Part shown: piece by piece, positions 12,936 to 24,899 of the stretch | Position numbering within the stretch: the first letter of the stretch is position 1 | Layout: each line of letters opens with the position of its first letter | Origin: Octopus bimaculoides | Lineage: Eukaryota | Reading direction: 5' to 3' | Assembly (NCBI RefSeq): GCF_001194135.2 | Contig: NC_068983.1 | Span: forward strand, 43,462,978-43,526,977 | Length of the DNA: 64,000 nt | Notes under the pieces: model-generated | Told to the model about the DNA's origin: nothing | Database searches by the model: none | What the model saw: the letters and a program-made list of their open reading frames with translations, nothing else | Made by a program: the position numbers and the translations under genes

Positions 12936-14411
12936 CTGAATTAAAAACCAAATACAAAGAAAGATTTTCAGTTTAATTCAAACAAAGATCACATGAATTT
13001 ATTTAACTATTTACTTATTCGTCCACCCTGTATCTACCTTTCGCTACATTCACCACATAAAAGGCACCTGTGCCAGTACCATACCTAAAACACCCATGCT
13101 GATGTCATGTAAAAAGGCATTCATACCCACTAGCGTAGCTCTCGGACCCCACAAAAAACACATATTGCCTACAGCAGACCCAAAAGTGCTGACCCTACCG
13201 CCTCCACCCCTAGTTACGCTAGTGCTTGTACCGGTACCAAGTAAGTGGCACCCATGTCAGTAACAAGTAAGGAACATCCATACTAGAACCATGTAAGAGG
13301 CACTTGTGCCAGTGCGACATAATCGGCACCCGTGCCAGTGCCACATATTAAGCACCTATGCTGGTGCTATGTAAAAAGCACCCAGTACACTCTGTAAAGT
13401 GGTTGGCATTAGGAAGGGCATCTAGTCATAAAAAGACCATGCCAAAACAGACAATGGAGCCTGGGCACCTCTCTGACTGTCCAACCCATGCCAGCATGAT
13501 AAACAAACACTAATTCTTCATTCATTATTTTCACACACACCTCATCAATTCTTCCATACACTTTTGTAACATTTATTCACCCACACTCCTGGTTTTTCTA
13601 CCCCCATTCACTTCTCACCTCATACCTTGAGGATTCACCCAGACACTTCATCATCACAATTTTTATCCCTTCCCTGCTCCCTCAGCAGAAGAACAAAATA
13701 AGGTGGCAAGCTGGCAGAAACGTTAGAAATATTGGGGTCAATTTCGTTGACTGTTTCCTGCCTCGAATGTTCGACTTTATGTCTTAAGCTGGCAGAATCA
13801 TTGAGACACTGGACATTGGACTTTATGTCTGGTGGAATCATTGAGACATTGGACAAAATGCTCGGTGGCATTTCTTCCAACCCTTTAGTTTCTGAGTTCA
13901 AATTCCACTGAGACACCATGTAGAGGATCCCTTGTTGGCTTGATGTTTTTATGAGTTATGTTTCAGATCAGCAAAAGCGAAATCGTTATGGCACCTGTGC
14001 CCAGTGTCGCCTTCCTGGCACGTGAAAAGACATTCAAGCAAGATCGTTGCCAGTGCCACTGGACTGGCTCTGTGCAGGTGGCACGTAAAATACACCATTT
14101 TGAGCATGGCCGTTGCCAGTACCGCCTGACTGGCCTTCGTGCCGCTGGCGCGTAAAAGCACCCACTACACTCTCGGAGTGGTTGGCGCTAGGAAGGGCAT
14201 CCAGCTGTAGAAACTCTGCCAAATCAGATTGGAGCCTGGTGTAGCCATCTGGTTCACCAGTCCTCAGTCAAATCGTCCAACCCATGCTAGCATGGAAAGT
14301 GGACGTTAAACGATGATGATGATCAGCTTCATAAGAATTTATTTCATTCCCACAGTAACCAAATTCATCAAAAAAGAAAAACAAAATGGAAATCTAAAGA
14401 AACAAACTCAC

Positions 14412-14561
14412 CACTGAGGACAGCATGTGGTTTGACCACGCAACAGGTACAATCTTCCAGGACAACAGAGTTCCTACGAATAATACCACCAGAAGTTGGG
14501 AAGAAAAATTCTAGCTGCTGTGCTGCTTCACCGGCACATCTTGGTCCATAGCAGAGATTAG
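14412..14561 (-). CDS. NME7: NME7 coding exon 6 (ANLCYGPRCAGEAAQQLEFFFPTSGG...CTCCVVKPHAVLSG)
   Basis: CCCAG acceptor, GTGAGT donor, 150 nt, phase 1/1; aligns to human NAAHGPDS...ELFFPSSGG...CTCCIVKPHAV. Confidence 0.9.
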
Positions 14562-14865
14562 CTGGGAAATATATAGAATCTTATTAAATATTAAATTCAT
14601 CTCATAAACTAAATTAATATCATCATCATCATCATCGCTGCCGCCACCACCACTACCACTGTCATTCATTTCCAGTATTCTGTGAAAAACACACCTGAGG
14701 ATATGTTACCTTGCTGGGAAACAGTGAGGGTTGGTAACAGGAAGGGTATCCGGTTGTACATCTGCTTCAATGAATTCTACCCAACCAGCGCAAGCATAGA
14801 AAAGTGGACGTTAAAACAATACTGATGATGGTGGTGGTGGTGGTGGTGGTGACTATTCAACATAC

Positions 14866-15020
14866 CTTCACCAAACTGAGAAGCTACAGTCAGTGGAGCA
14901 CTTGCAACAGCCTCTTCTGCATTTTCAGGACCTATCGCTCTTAACCAGGCACATATGGCATCATCTCCCAATAATTCCAGAGCCACTACAGGACCAGATG
15001 TCATGTTATCTATCAACTTG
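14866..15020 (-). CDS. NME7: NME7 coding exon 5 (KLIDNMTSGPVVALELLGDDAICAW...QFGE), NDK domain A
   Basis: CAG acceptor, GTATGT donor, 155 nt, phase 2/1. Confidence 0.88.
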
Positions 15021-15583
15021 CTGCCAATCAATAAATGGGAAAATAAATGAATTAATTACAGAGATGTACTTGCATAGCAAATAATGTGATCTGAGATCGT
15101 GTGCTGAAACAAAAACAATTGCAGCATGGAAGGTGTTTATAAGCCATTTAAAAACACAGAAAAACCATTAGATTCACTTCAACATGTAAATTTAATTTGT
15201 CAAAATATGTTCATCACTTTGAAACCGATGTGGCATGGTTTTCTACAGCTGGATGCCCTTCCTAACACCAACCACTCCGAGAGTGTAATGGGTGCTTTTA
15301 CATGTTACTGGCACAGGTGCCATTTGCTTGACACTGATATCTGCCACGACTGCAATTAACTAAATACCATAAAATATTTTGTCTACCATTTTACCAATTC
15401 TGCCACTCCGTTCAGACACTTGAGCTGCAGACAATCAGGCTCAGCAGTGATTGCTTTGTTTCCAGCAGTGATTGCTTTGTTTCCAGCAGTGATTGCTTTC
15501 TTAAGTTGGTTAGAAGAAGACAAAAAAAAAAACACTAAATAAAAAGAGAATGAATAGTTGTATAAATGCGATTTGAAATTTAC

Positions 15584-15745
15584 AGGTAAAATTCTTTGTC
15601 CTTATAACCGACACAAAATTCTGCAGCTTCTGCTCGCGTCAGCACACACATCTTCATCTTTGTTATCTTTAATCCTTTATTCTGAATAAATTCAAGCATT
15701 TCTCCCATTTTCGGAACAGCTTTCGAATTCAGCAAGCCAAGAGTT
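15584..15745 (-). CDS. NME7: NME7 coding exon 4 (TLGLLNSKAVPKMGEMLEFIQNKGLKITKMKM...EFYL), start of NDK domain A
   Basis: TTTCAG acceptor, GTAAAT donor, 162 nt, phase 2/2. Confidence 0.88.
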
Positions 15746-18358
15746 CTGAAAGAAAAGGAAAAAGAAAACAAAAAAAAGTGTCGTGTCACCAAGAAAATAT
15801 CAGAAAATATTTTGGATAGGTGCAAACATGTCTGGTCGAAAAGTTTGCTTTCCAACCAGCCATTGAAAGCACTAGACTTAACATTGCATGCTAAATAGCC
15901 ATCAGTTACAGGGTACTTGCTGTTAGGATTGCAGGGGTAGAAAGAAAATGTGAACTACACAAGTCTAGAACTAATTCCATGCCTTCAGTCCTAACAGAAC
16001 ACCAGTGCCCAACCTAACTGGTCATGGCCAAACACACCATGTCCCATCTTCTCCCATGTGATGTCCTTCATCATTGTCACAAACAACAGATGAACTGATA
16101 ATACTGCCTAGAGCCAAGGTGTGACCTACATTAGATCACTGTTCACATAAGTGGGACAGTGATAATGCTACACACACACGGACATAATGAACCACATCCA
16201 AATGAAGACCATCTCCCTAATTGGGAGGAATTCACTCTCAATATTCAGCAATCACTGGCTCACAGGTATGCAGTTTCATCATCATCATCATCATTTAACA
16301 TCTATTTTCCATTCTGGCATGGGTAGGACAGTTTGAAAGGATCTGGTAAGGCCAGGGGTTTCACAAGTCACCATTGTCCATTTTGACATGGTTTCTATGG
16401 CCAGATACCCTTCCTAACTCCAACTACTTTACAGAGTGTACTGGTTGCTTTTTACATGGCACCAACACCAGTGGATTTAACGTAGCCATGTTAAATCCAC
16501 TGGTGCCAGTGCCTTTTACATATTGGTTTCAAATGTTAGCACAAGGCCAGCAATTTCTGGGGAGGGAGTAAGTCGATTACATCAACCCCCAACCTCAGCA
16601 AAATTTGAACTCAGGTTGATGCCAGTGCTGGCTGACGTTGATGCCAGTGCTGGCTGACTGGTCCTGTGCTGGCAGCATGTGAAAAGAACCATTCAAGCCT
16701 GTTCGTTGCCAGTGCTGCCTGACTGGCTCCCATGCCGGTGGCACGTAAAAAGTCGTGGTCAATGCCAGTACCTCCTGACTGGCCCTCATGCCGGTGGCAC
16801 ATAAAAAGCACCCACTACACTCTCAGAGTGGTTGGCCTTAGGAAGGGCACCCAGCTGTTGAAACCTTGCCAGGTCAGATTAGAGCCTGGTACAGCCTTCT
16901 GGCTTGCCAGTCCCCAGTCAAACCGTCCAACCCATGCCAGCATGGAAAGCGGATGTTGAACGATGATGATGATGAATGTAAAGACAAACAAAAGCATTGT
17001 GTCCAGCATGTTAATGATTCTATCAGCTCACTGCCTTATACCTAACAATACATACTAATACAACCTGTTAATGAAGTAAAATTGGCTATATTAGGTTATC
17101 ACTGTCCCACATATGTTAAATAAGATTTATGAAATATCAATTAACTCATCAATATGGATGCTGGGTCAATCATGTATGAATCAAATCACAATAACAAGAG
17201 AAGATATTGATTAAAACAAAACTAGATTAAAACAAAACAAAAATCTCTAATGTTTTTGACACCAACTTGAAACCACCCCTGGCTCTATGATACAGACACC
17301 ATTTTGTGGTGATTTAATTTGAAACCTTTTTGAAATTTCATGTTAATTTATGTTTCAAAGTTATCTTGATAAATTTTTCATTATTTCAAAAATTAATTGA
17401 CATAAAGAGATTATATTTCAACAGAAACATAGTAACAGAAGGGTTAACATGATCAAAACTAAAACCTTGCCACAGAATTTCATGTTTATATTCCAAACAC
17501 CAGCATAATAGTGACAGTTATTTTACTAAATTCTTCATTATTTTCAAAATTAGTTGAAACAAAAGCAGTNNNNNNNNNNNNNNNNNNNNNNNNNNNNNNN
17601 NNNNNNNNNNNNNNNNNNNNNNNNNNNNNNNNNNNNNNNNNNNNNNNNNNNNNNNNNNNNNNNNNNNNNNNNNNNNNNNNNNNNNNNNNNNNNNNNNNNN
17701 NNNNNNNNNNNNNNNNNNNNNNNNNNNNNNNNNNNNNNNNNNNNNNNNNNNNNNNNNNNNNNNNNNNNNNNNNNNNNNNNNNNNNNNNNNNNNNNNNNNN
17801 NNNNNNNNNNNNNNNNNNNNNNNNNNNNNNNNNNNNNNNNNNNNNNNNNNNNNNNNNNNNNNNNNNNNNNNNNNNNNNNNNNNNNNNNNNNNNNNNNNNN
17901 NNNNNNNNNNNNNNNNNNNNNNNNNNNNNNNNNNNNNNNNNNNNNNNNNNNNNNNNNNNNNNNNNNNNNNNNNNNNNNNNNNNNNNNNNNNNNNNNNNNN
18001 NNNNNNNNNNNNNNNNNNNNNNNNNNNNNNNNNNNNNNNNNNNNNNNNNNNNNNNNNNNNNNNNNNNNNNNNNNNNNNNNNNNNNNNNNNNNNNNNNNNN
18101 NNNNNNNNNNNNNNNNNNNNNNNNNNNNNNNNNNNNNNNNNNNNNNNNNNNNNNNNNNNNNNNNNNNNNNNNNNNNNNNNNNNNCAGTTTAACATATACC
18201 GTATTTCAACATGTATAAGGAACCCGTTTTTGTCAAAAATTAGGTTAACAAAATATGGGAGTTTCTTATACATGGATAGAATTATAATCCCTTACAAAAC
18301 CGTTTTTCCAAATTTTAAGCCCCAAAAATTAGGGGGTTCCTTATACACGTTAAAATTG

Positions 18359-18737
18359 TGGCACTCCGTCAGTTATGACGAGGAAAGTTCCAGTTGATCT
18401 GATCAACGGAACAGCCTGCTCGTGAAATTAACGTCTAAGTGGCTGAGCACTCCACAGACATGTGTACCCTTAAAATAGTTCTCGGAGAGATTCAGCGTGA
18501 CACAGAGTGTGACAAGGCTGTCCCTTTGAAATACAGGTACAACAAAAACAGGAAGAAAGAGTGAGAAAAAGTTGCGGTGAAAGAGTACAGCAGGATTCGC
18601 CACTACCCCCTGTCGGAGTCACGTGGAGTTTTAGGTGTTTTCGCTCAATAAACACTCACAATACCCGGTCTGGGAATCGAAACTGTGATCCCACAACCAC
18701 GAGTTCACTGTCCTCACCACTGGGCCATTGCGCCTCC
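18359..18737 (-). mobile_element. tRNA-derived SINE; second copy at about 38613-38895
   Basis: Minus strand begins GGAGGCGCAATGGCCCAGTGG (A box) and has a B-box-like GTTTCGATTCC; two similar copies in the window. Confidence 0.7.
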
Positions 18738-19826
18738 ACACACGTTAAAATAAAGTAATAACAATAAAATAGTGTGAATAAGCATGCTATAAAATAATAT
18801 GCTCTCCAACTACATGGTTTGGGGTTCAGTCCCACAGTGTGACACCTTGAACAAGTGTCTTTTATTAAAACCCAGAACCAACCAAAGCCTTGTGGGTTGA
18901 TTTAGTAGATGGAAACAGTCACTAAGCAGAATAAGATCTGCTTTTCTTCTCTGCCAAAACGAGAATACTAAAAATGAACCCGACTGCTCTCAAAAATAAA
19001 GTAAAAAACAGGAAAAATAATCCAGAATCCTTGTCTGGTACTGGATCAATCCCAAAATCTAATGAATTTGTGCCAGTCACGAGGCCAAATATCTCTAAAA
19101 GTTTCATCCGAATCCATCCAGCAGTTCTTGAGATATCTTGTCCACAGACAAACAGACACGACTGAAAATACCTCCACCTTCGCTAAGGTAGAGGTAATAA
19201 TACTAATAACGACGATGATGATGATGATAATAATAATAATAAAAATGGTTTCAAATTTTGGCACGTGGCCAGCAATTTTAGTGGGTAGGGGTCAGTCAAT
19301 TTTATTCACTCCAGTACTTCATTGGTACTTTATTTTATTAACCCACAATGGTAGAAAGGCAAAATTTCAGTAGTAGTAGTAGTAGAAGTAGCAGCAACAG
19401 CAGCAGTAGTTGTGGTGGTAGTAGTAGTAGGAGTAGCAACTACAACAACTATTTTTAATTTAAGCACAAGACCAGGAATTTTAGGAGAAAGGGACAGTTG
19501 ATATCAAGGTGAGATTTTGAAGAGTATTTCTCTGAATTTCAATTGAAATATTTCATGCTTCTCTCCCAACTTCATTGACCCCATTCTGCAGTTATCCACC
19601 TGTTGTTTGTTTTTTCATTGAGAACAAAAGAAGTAGCACAAAATTAAACCAACATTTCAGATTATGTTTCCCACAACCTACCAATATATCAACATCTACT
19701 GTCTCTCTACCACCACCACCACCACACCAGCTGTTACATAGTGTTGTTGGTTTGTTCCTATTTCTTTTGTCCATAAATTCAGTCTTTCTAAGACAAACAA
19801 CCATTAAACCTTGAATAATTATATAT

Positions 19827-19987
19827 TTACTACTGTTCAGCCCCAGGAAAAAATCTTTTCCAGCTGGCTATTGACACACAGTTTCTGTCCTGGGACCGAT
19901 AAACTCCCTTTCTCATGCCATACGGGCACAAGCTGTGTGTCGGAAGCCAGCTGGAAAAGATGTTTTCCTGGGGCTAAACAGTAGTAA
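19827..19987. mobile_element. Foldback/MITE-like element with 43-bp terminal inverted repeats
   Basis: 19827-19869 vs 19945-19987, 2 mismatches; pairing continues inward (GACACACAG/CTGTGTGTC). Confidence 0.75.
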
Positions 19988-20086
19988 CATCATCCTGTGT
20001 AGGACTGTCACATTCTGTTGGCAAATAAGCTTTACTCTTCGGTGCTGTAACTGTATATCTCTCACTTATAGATTTAAGACAATTTG

Positions 20087-20495
20087 TTTTTCTCTTTACT
20101 CTTTTACTTGTTTCAGTCATTTGACTGCGGCCATGCTGGAGCACCGCCTTTAGTCGAGCATATCGACCCCAGGACTTATTCTTTGTAAGCCTAGTACTTA
20201 TTCTATCGTTCTCTTTTGCCGAACCACTAAGTGACGGGGACATAAACACACCAGCATCGGTTGTCAAGTAATGCTAGGGGGACAAACACAGACACACAAA
20301 CACATATATATATATATATATATACATATATATGACGGGCTTCTTTCAGTTTCCGTCTACCAAATCCACTCACAAGGCTTTGGTCGGCCTGAGACTATAG
20401 TAGAAGACACTTGCCCAAGATGCCACGCAGTGGGACTGAACCCGGAACCATGTGGTTGGTAAGCAAGCTACTTACCACACAGCCACTCCTGCGCC
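20087..20495 (-). mobile_element. tRNA-headed SINE with CORE-like segment and internal (TA)n, full-length copy. Related copies near 1715-2185, 21330-21680, 32300-32710, 33270-33690, 37430-37830, 50020-50130, 50630-51150, 52790-53125, 62880-63270
   Basis: Recurrent head GGAGTGGCTGTGTGGTAAG...GGTTCAGTCCC, ACCTTGGGCAAGTGTCTT (CORE-like) and tail GACTGAAACAAGTAAAAGAG. Confidence 0.8.
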
Positions 20496-20857
20496 TATAA
20501 AGCCACTCCTATATTTCTTATGGTCCCTCTTTCTTGTTAACTTTCTCACTCCCTTTTTTTCTCTCTGGCTGGGTAACCAAGTACCTTCTCTAGAGCAAAA
20601 CATCTGTTTCTGTCTCTGTTGCACTATAATCATTCATCATCTGACATAAGATCACCTCCTCCAATGCCCCCTCTCTTCTCAAAAGATCTTTGTCTTACAA
20701 AGTTACTTGGCGGGCCTATCAGAGCAGGCACCATTTAAAAAGCATCCAGTCTACATAGTAAATGATTGGCATTTGGAAGGGCATCCAAACTGCCCTAACC
20801 ACCGGACCATTGCGCCTCCACATAGCTAAAGTATGTATACAGAGAAACTGTCTGTGT

Positions 20858-20960
20858 ACAGCTAATGTATACATATAGCTAATGTATGCATATAGTTAAT
20901 GTATGCATATAGCTTAATGCATGCATATAACTAATGTATGTGTATAGCTAATATATAAGT
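20858..20960. repeat. Minisatellite with ~18-bp unit CATATAGCTAATGTATG
   Basis: About 5-6 imperfect tandem copies. Confidence 0.6.
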
Positions 20961-21066
20961 ATAGAGCAACTATGGGAAGCCAGTTAGGGCAAAAATCACT
21001 ACATCAATATTCTGGTCTTGTGAATCTTGGCTCCCCAATAAATTCATTAGATTTAATTATACTTAC

Positions 21067-21177
21067 CATTTCCACAGACTTGTCTTTAGGGTAGTAGAGA
21101 AACTGGTAGCGCCGTGTCAGTGAAGCAACAGCATCGTACCAGTCGACAACGAAGCAGTAACGCTTACCATCTTCCTC
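21067..21177 (-). CDS. NME7: NME7 coding exon 2, DM10 domain (EEDGKRYCFVVDWYDAVASLTRRYQFLYYPKDKSVEM)
   Basis: TGCAG acceptor, GTAAGT donor, 111 nt, phase 0/0; matches human RFVFIAEWYDPNASLLRRYELLFYPGDGSVEM. Confidence 0.93.
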
Positions 21178-22579
21178 CTGCACAAAAGAAAAAGATGAAA
21201 CATGTCTGTCTGTCTTGTGAGTCACTACAGCAATGATGTTTTTCTCACTCCAATGTACATAAATGTTTTAACACAAGTCCATGAAGAGATTTTATTTCAG
21301 ACAATGACACAGCATTAAACCTTCTAACAGTGTTCTTTTACTCTTTTACTTGTTTCAGTCATTTGACTGCAGCCATGTTGGAGCACCGCCTTAAGCTGAA
21401 GAAGGTGACCCCAGGACTTATACTTTGTAAGCCTAGTACATATTTTATCAGCCGCTTTTGCCGAACTGCTAAGTTACAGGGATGTAAACACACCAACATC
21501 GGTTATCAAGCGACGGTGGGTGAACAAACACAGATACACAAATATATACATACATACATACATATATATATACGACAGGCTTCTTTCAGTTTCCATTTAC
21601 CAAATTCACTCACAAGGCTTTGGTTGGCTCAAGGCTGTAGTAGAAGACATTTGCACAAGGTGCCATGCAGTGGATTTTCGTAACATAAGAGAAATATTTT
21701 TTTAATAATATTTTCTAGAATTACTTTTTAGATGATGCAGTGCAAATCATAGATATTTTCTTCCTTTCTTCTTTTTTTTTTTTTTTGCGTTTNNNNNNNN
21801 NNNNNNNNNNNNNNNNNNNNNNNNNNNNNNNNNNNNNNNNNNNNNNNNNNNNNNNNNNNNNNNNNNNNNNNNNNNNNNNNNNNNNNNNNNNNNNNNNNNN
21901 NNNNNNNNNNNNNNNNNNNNNNNNNNNNNNNNNNNNNNNNNNNNNNNNNNNNNNNNNNNNNNNNNNNNNNNNNNNNNNNNNNNNNNNNNNNNNNNNNNNN
22001 NNNNNNNNNNNNNNNNNNNNNNNNNNNNNNNNNNNNNNNNNNNNNNNNNNNNNNNNNNNNNNNNNNNNNNNNNNNNNNNNNNNNNNNNNNNNNNNNNNNN
22101 NNNNNNNNNNNNNNNNNNNNNNNNNNNNNNNNNNNNNNNNNNNNNNNNNNNNNNNNNNNNNNNNNNNNNNNNNNNNNNNNNNNNNNNNNNNNNNNNNNNN
22201 NNNNNNNNNNNNNNNNNNNNNNNNNNNNNNNNNNNNNNNNNNNNNNNNNNNNNNNNNNNNNNNNNNNNNNNNNNNNNNNNNNNNNNNNNNNNNNNNNNNN
22301 NNNNNNNNNNNNNNNNNNNNNNNNNNNNNNNNNNNNNNNNNNNNNNNNNNNNNNNNNNNNNNNNNNNNNNNNNNNNNNNNNNNNNNNNNNNNNNNNNNNN
22401 NNNNNNNNNNNNNNNNNNNNNNNNNNNNNNNNNNNNNNNNNNNNNNNNNNNNNNNNNNNNNNNNNNNNNNNNNNNNNNNNNNNNNNNNNNNNNNNNNNNN
22501 NNNNNNNNNNNNNNNNNNNNNNNNNNNNNNNNNNNNNNNNNNNNNNNNNNNATGTAAACAGAAAAAGACTTCGACTTAC

Positions 22580-22612
22580 TGAATCCTGATGTTCTAAAGA
22601 ACCTCCTAACAT
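22580..22612 (-). CDS. NME7: NME7 probable coding exon 1 (MLGGSLEHQDS)
   Basis: ATG followed by 10 codons and a GTAAGT donor in phase 0, compatible with exon 2; X-box-like motif about 90 bp upstream. Confidence 0.65.
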
Positions 22613-22699
22613 CGTGATGTAAGTAATTTCTTATTTTTTCAACGCAGAGAATTCTAAATCAAACTTATGAAAATCGAGCCATTTTCTTTTAGTTTGGAA

Positions 22700-22714
22700 G
22701 TTGTTGTTAGCAAC
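22700..22714. promoter_or_regulatory. RFX X-box-like motif upstream of NME7
   Basis: GTTGTTGTTAGCAAC, 88 bp from the NME7 ATG, next to an ETS-like CCGGAAG in a CpG-richer patch; RFX regulates ciliary genes. Confidence 0.5.
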
Positions 22715-23466
22715 GGTTCTAAACCGGAAGAATTTATAAATATCTCTTCCGGAAACAACATTAAACCATTCACAGCTGACTTAGACGGGGCTTCTATGTG
22801 TTAGAAGCTTCGAAATGCTAGAAATAGCTGCCAGGTTTCTCCCAAATTACGGCGAGCTGTGTTTTAAAGAAGAAAGACGTATTGGTGTGATAGCCAAACA
22901 GAAAAGATCCAAGTTCTGGATCTGGATAATCTTTGCTGGAATGATCACAGTTGGAATAACTTTTGATGATACGTTTGCTCAATCTCGGGGTGCTAGGAGC
23001 TTCGAAATGCTAGAAATAGCAGCCAGATCATTTTGGTACTGTAGTTTTGGACCTGGGTGCGTTTGACCTCGGGGTAAACAACAACGGCGATAGTTATTCG
23101 CAATAAAGAAGAGGAAAATATATCCCAAGCGGTGCGAGTGTTATTACTTAAATAGACGTCAGGTAGATCCTATCATACAATGTAGTGAGACAAAATCTTC
23201 GATTTACTCAAATTATCTATGCAATTCGTGAACAAAAGCTCCCTATATGTGTTTAAAATCTCAAAAACAAATATCGAGATTACTTTATTAAAAACTATTC
23301 AAGACGATGTGAGTGAATCTTTTAATCTTGTTTCAGTCCTTAGATTGCGGCCTAGCTGGGGCACTACCTTGAGGGATTTAGTACTAATTTTTTTTTAAGT
23401 CTAGAACTTATTCTAATATCTCTCTTGTCGATCCACCGATGTTACGAGGTTGTAAACAAACCAACA

Positions 23467-23660
23467 GTTCTATATTTAAGAGATGAGGAATTATGTACAT
23501 TATTTACATTTGACGGATATTTGTCCTCATCTTGTTTGTTGTTAACACGTTTCGGCTGATATACCTTCCAGCCTTCATCAGGTGTCTTGGGAAAATTTTT
23601 GAACCTGGGTTCTCATTGCTGAGGTATTTTTCGATGTTGTTGTTGTTATTATTATTATTA

Positions 23661-23718
<58 letters not shown>

Positions 23719-23783
23719 GTGGCGTAGTGGTTAAGAGCGCGGACTACTAACCCCAAGATTCCGAGGTCGATTCCAGCCAGCGA

Positions 23784-23828
<45 letters not shown>

Positions 23829-23976
23829 CAACAACATCTAAAAATACCTTAAGAATGAGAGCTCAGGTTTAAAATTTCCCCAAGACACCAGAAGAAGGCT
23901 GGAGTGTATATCAGCCGAAACGTTGTGTTAACAACAAACAAGATGAGGACAAATATTTGTCAATTGTAAACAATGT
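23467..23976 (+). mobile_element. Composite element: inverted arms with hammerhead remnants flanking (TAT)n - tRNA-like head - (AAT)n, nested inside a SINE
   Basis: Arms ~23494-23650 and ~23825-23976 are reverse complements; tRNA-like head 23719-23787 with A box TGGCGTAGTGG; AAACCAACA repeated on both flanks (23458-23466, 23977-23985). Confidence 0.7.
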
Positions 23977-24899
23977 AAACCAACATTGATTGTCAAGCAG
24001 TGTGCGCGAGAGAGGTACACAAGCACAAGGACACACACACACACACACACACTCACAGAAATGTATATATACATAATGGGCTTCCATAAAGTTTCGTTCT
24101 ACCAAATTCACTTACAAGGCATTGATCGACCAGGAGCTATAGAACATACTTGTCCAAGGTGTCTTGCAGTGGGATTGAACCGAAACCCACCTGGCTAAAG
24201 AACGAACTTCTTAATCACACAGTCATGTCTACGCCTTGTCTTTGAAGTAACAATCCTGTTTCAGCCCTCTTACATTTCCTAAGCGAAGCATAATATTCAA
24301 CGAAATCCGGCAATTAAAATACTACAATATGTCTGTAAATAATACTTTCAACTTGTAAATTTATAAGTAAGGGAACGAATTTTGCTCGGGGAATGCAAAC
24401 CCAGGTCCGATGAAGTTTTTCAGGAGAATGTTCAAAGCGTTTTTATTGACCCATGAAAATTTTTGTGGGTGCTCTTGTAACCCTTGCATCTCTTGTTCCC
24501 GATCCTATGTGTGGCTTTTGAAACGTTGAAGAATGGGTACTGGTCCCCTAGCAAGACTAAGTTTTGATTTCGTTTGAGTCCTATCTCATTAAAGTATTAG
24601 AGAATGCTCGTGGGGTGGGGATGCTGGATGTTTCAACGCCCCAGCCTTGCAATTACCTGCGCTGATGGCATATCTTGGGGTCTCTAAAAAATTTAGAAAG
24701 GAACCAATTTCCTCTGACCTGATTATAGCTGAAATACAATGAATGGCGCGCTTGTGCTATCGTTGTGATTATTTATTTATTGGTTTTATTTGCCTTTATT
24801 CTTTATATTCCTTTTCCATTTTCTAACTGTTTACTTTTATATTTGACGTAACCACGAATCTGGTCTCCATCATCCTTTGTGTCAATACGCTCTTCAAAA

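Noticed and set aside
14777-14865. Poly-His stretch in ORF 14777-15031
   Set aside because: It is an intronic (CAC/CAT)n microsatellite beyond the exon 5 donor.
23719-23787. Possible tRNA gene
   Set aside because: Imperfect B box, no acceptor stem, embedded in a composite repeat; treated as a SINE head.
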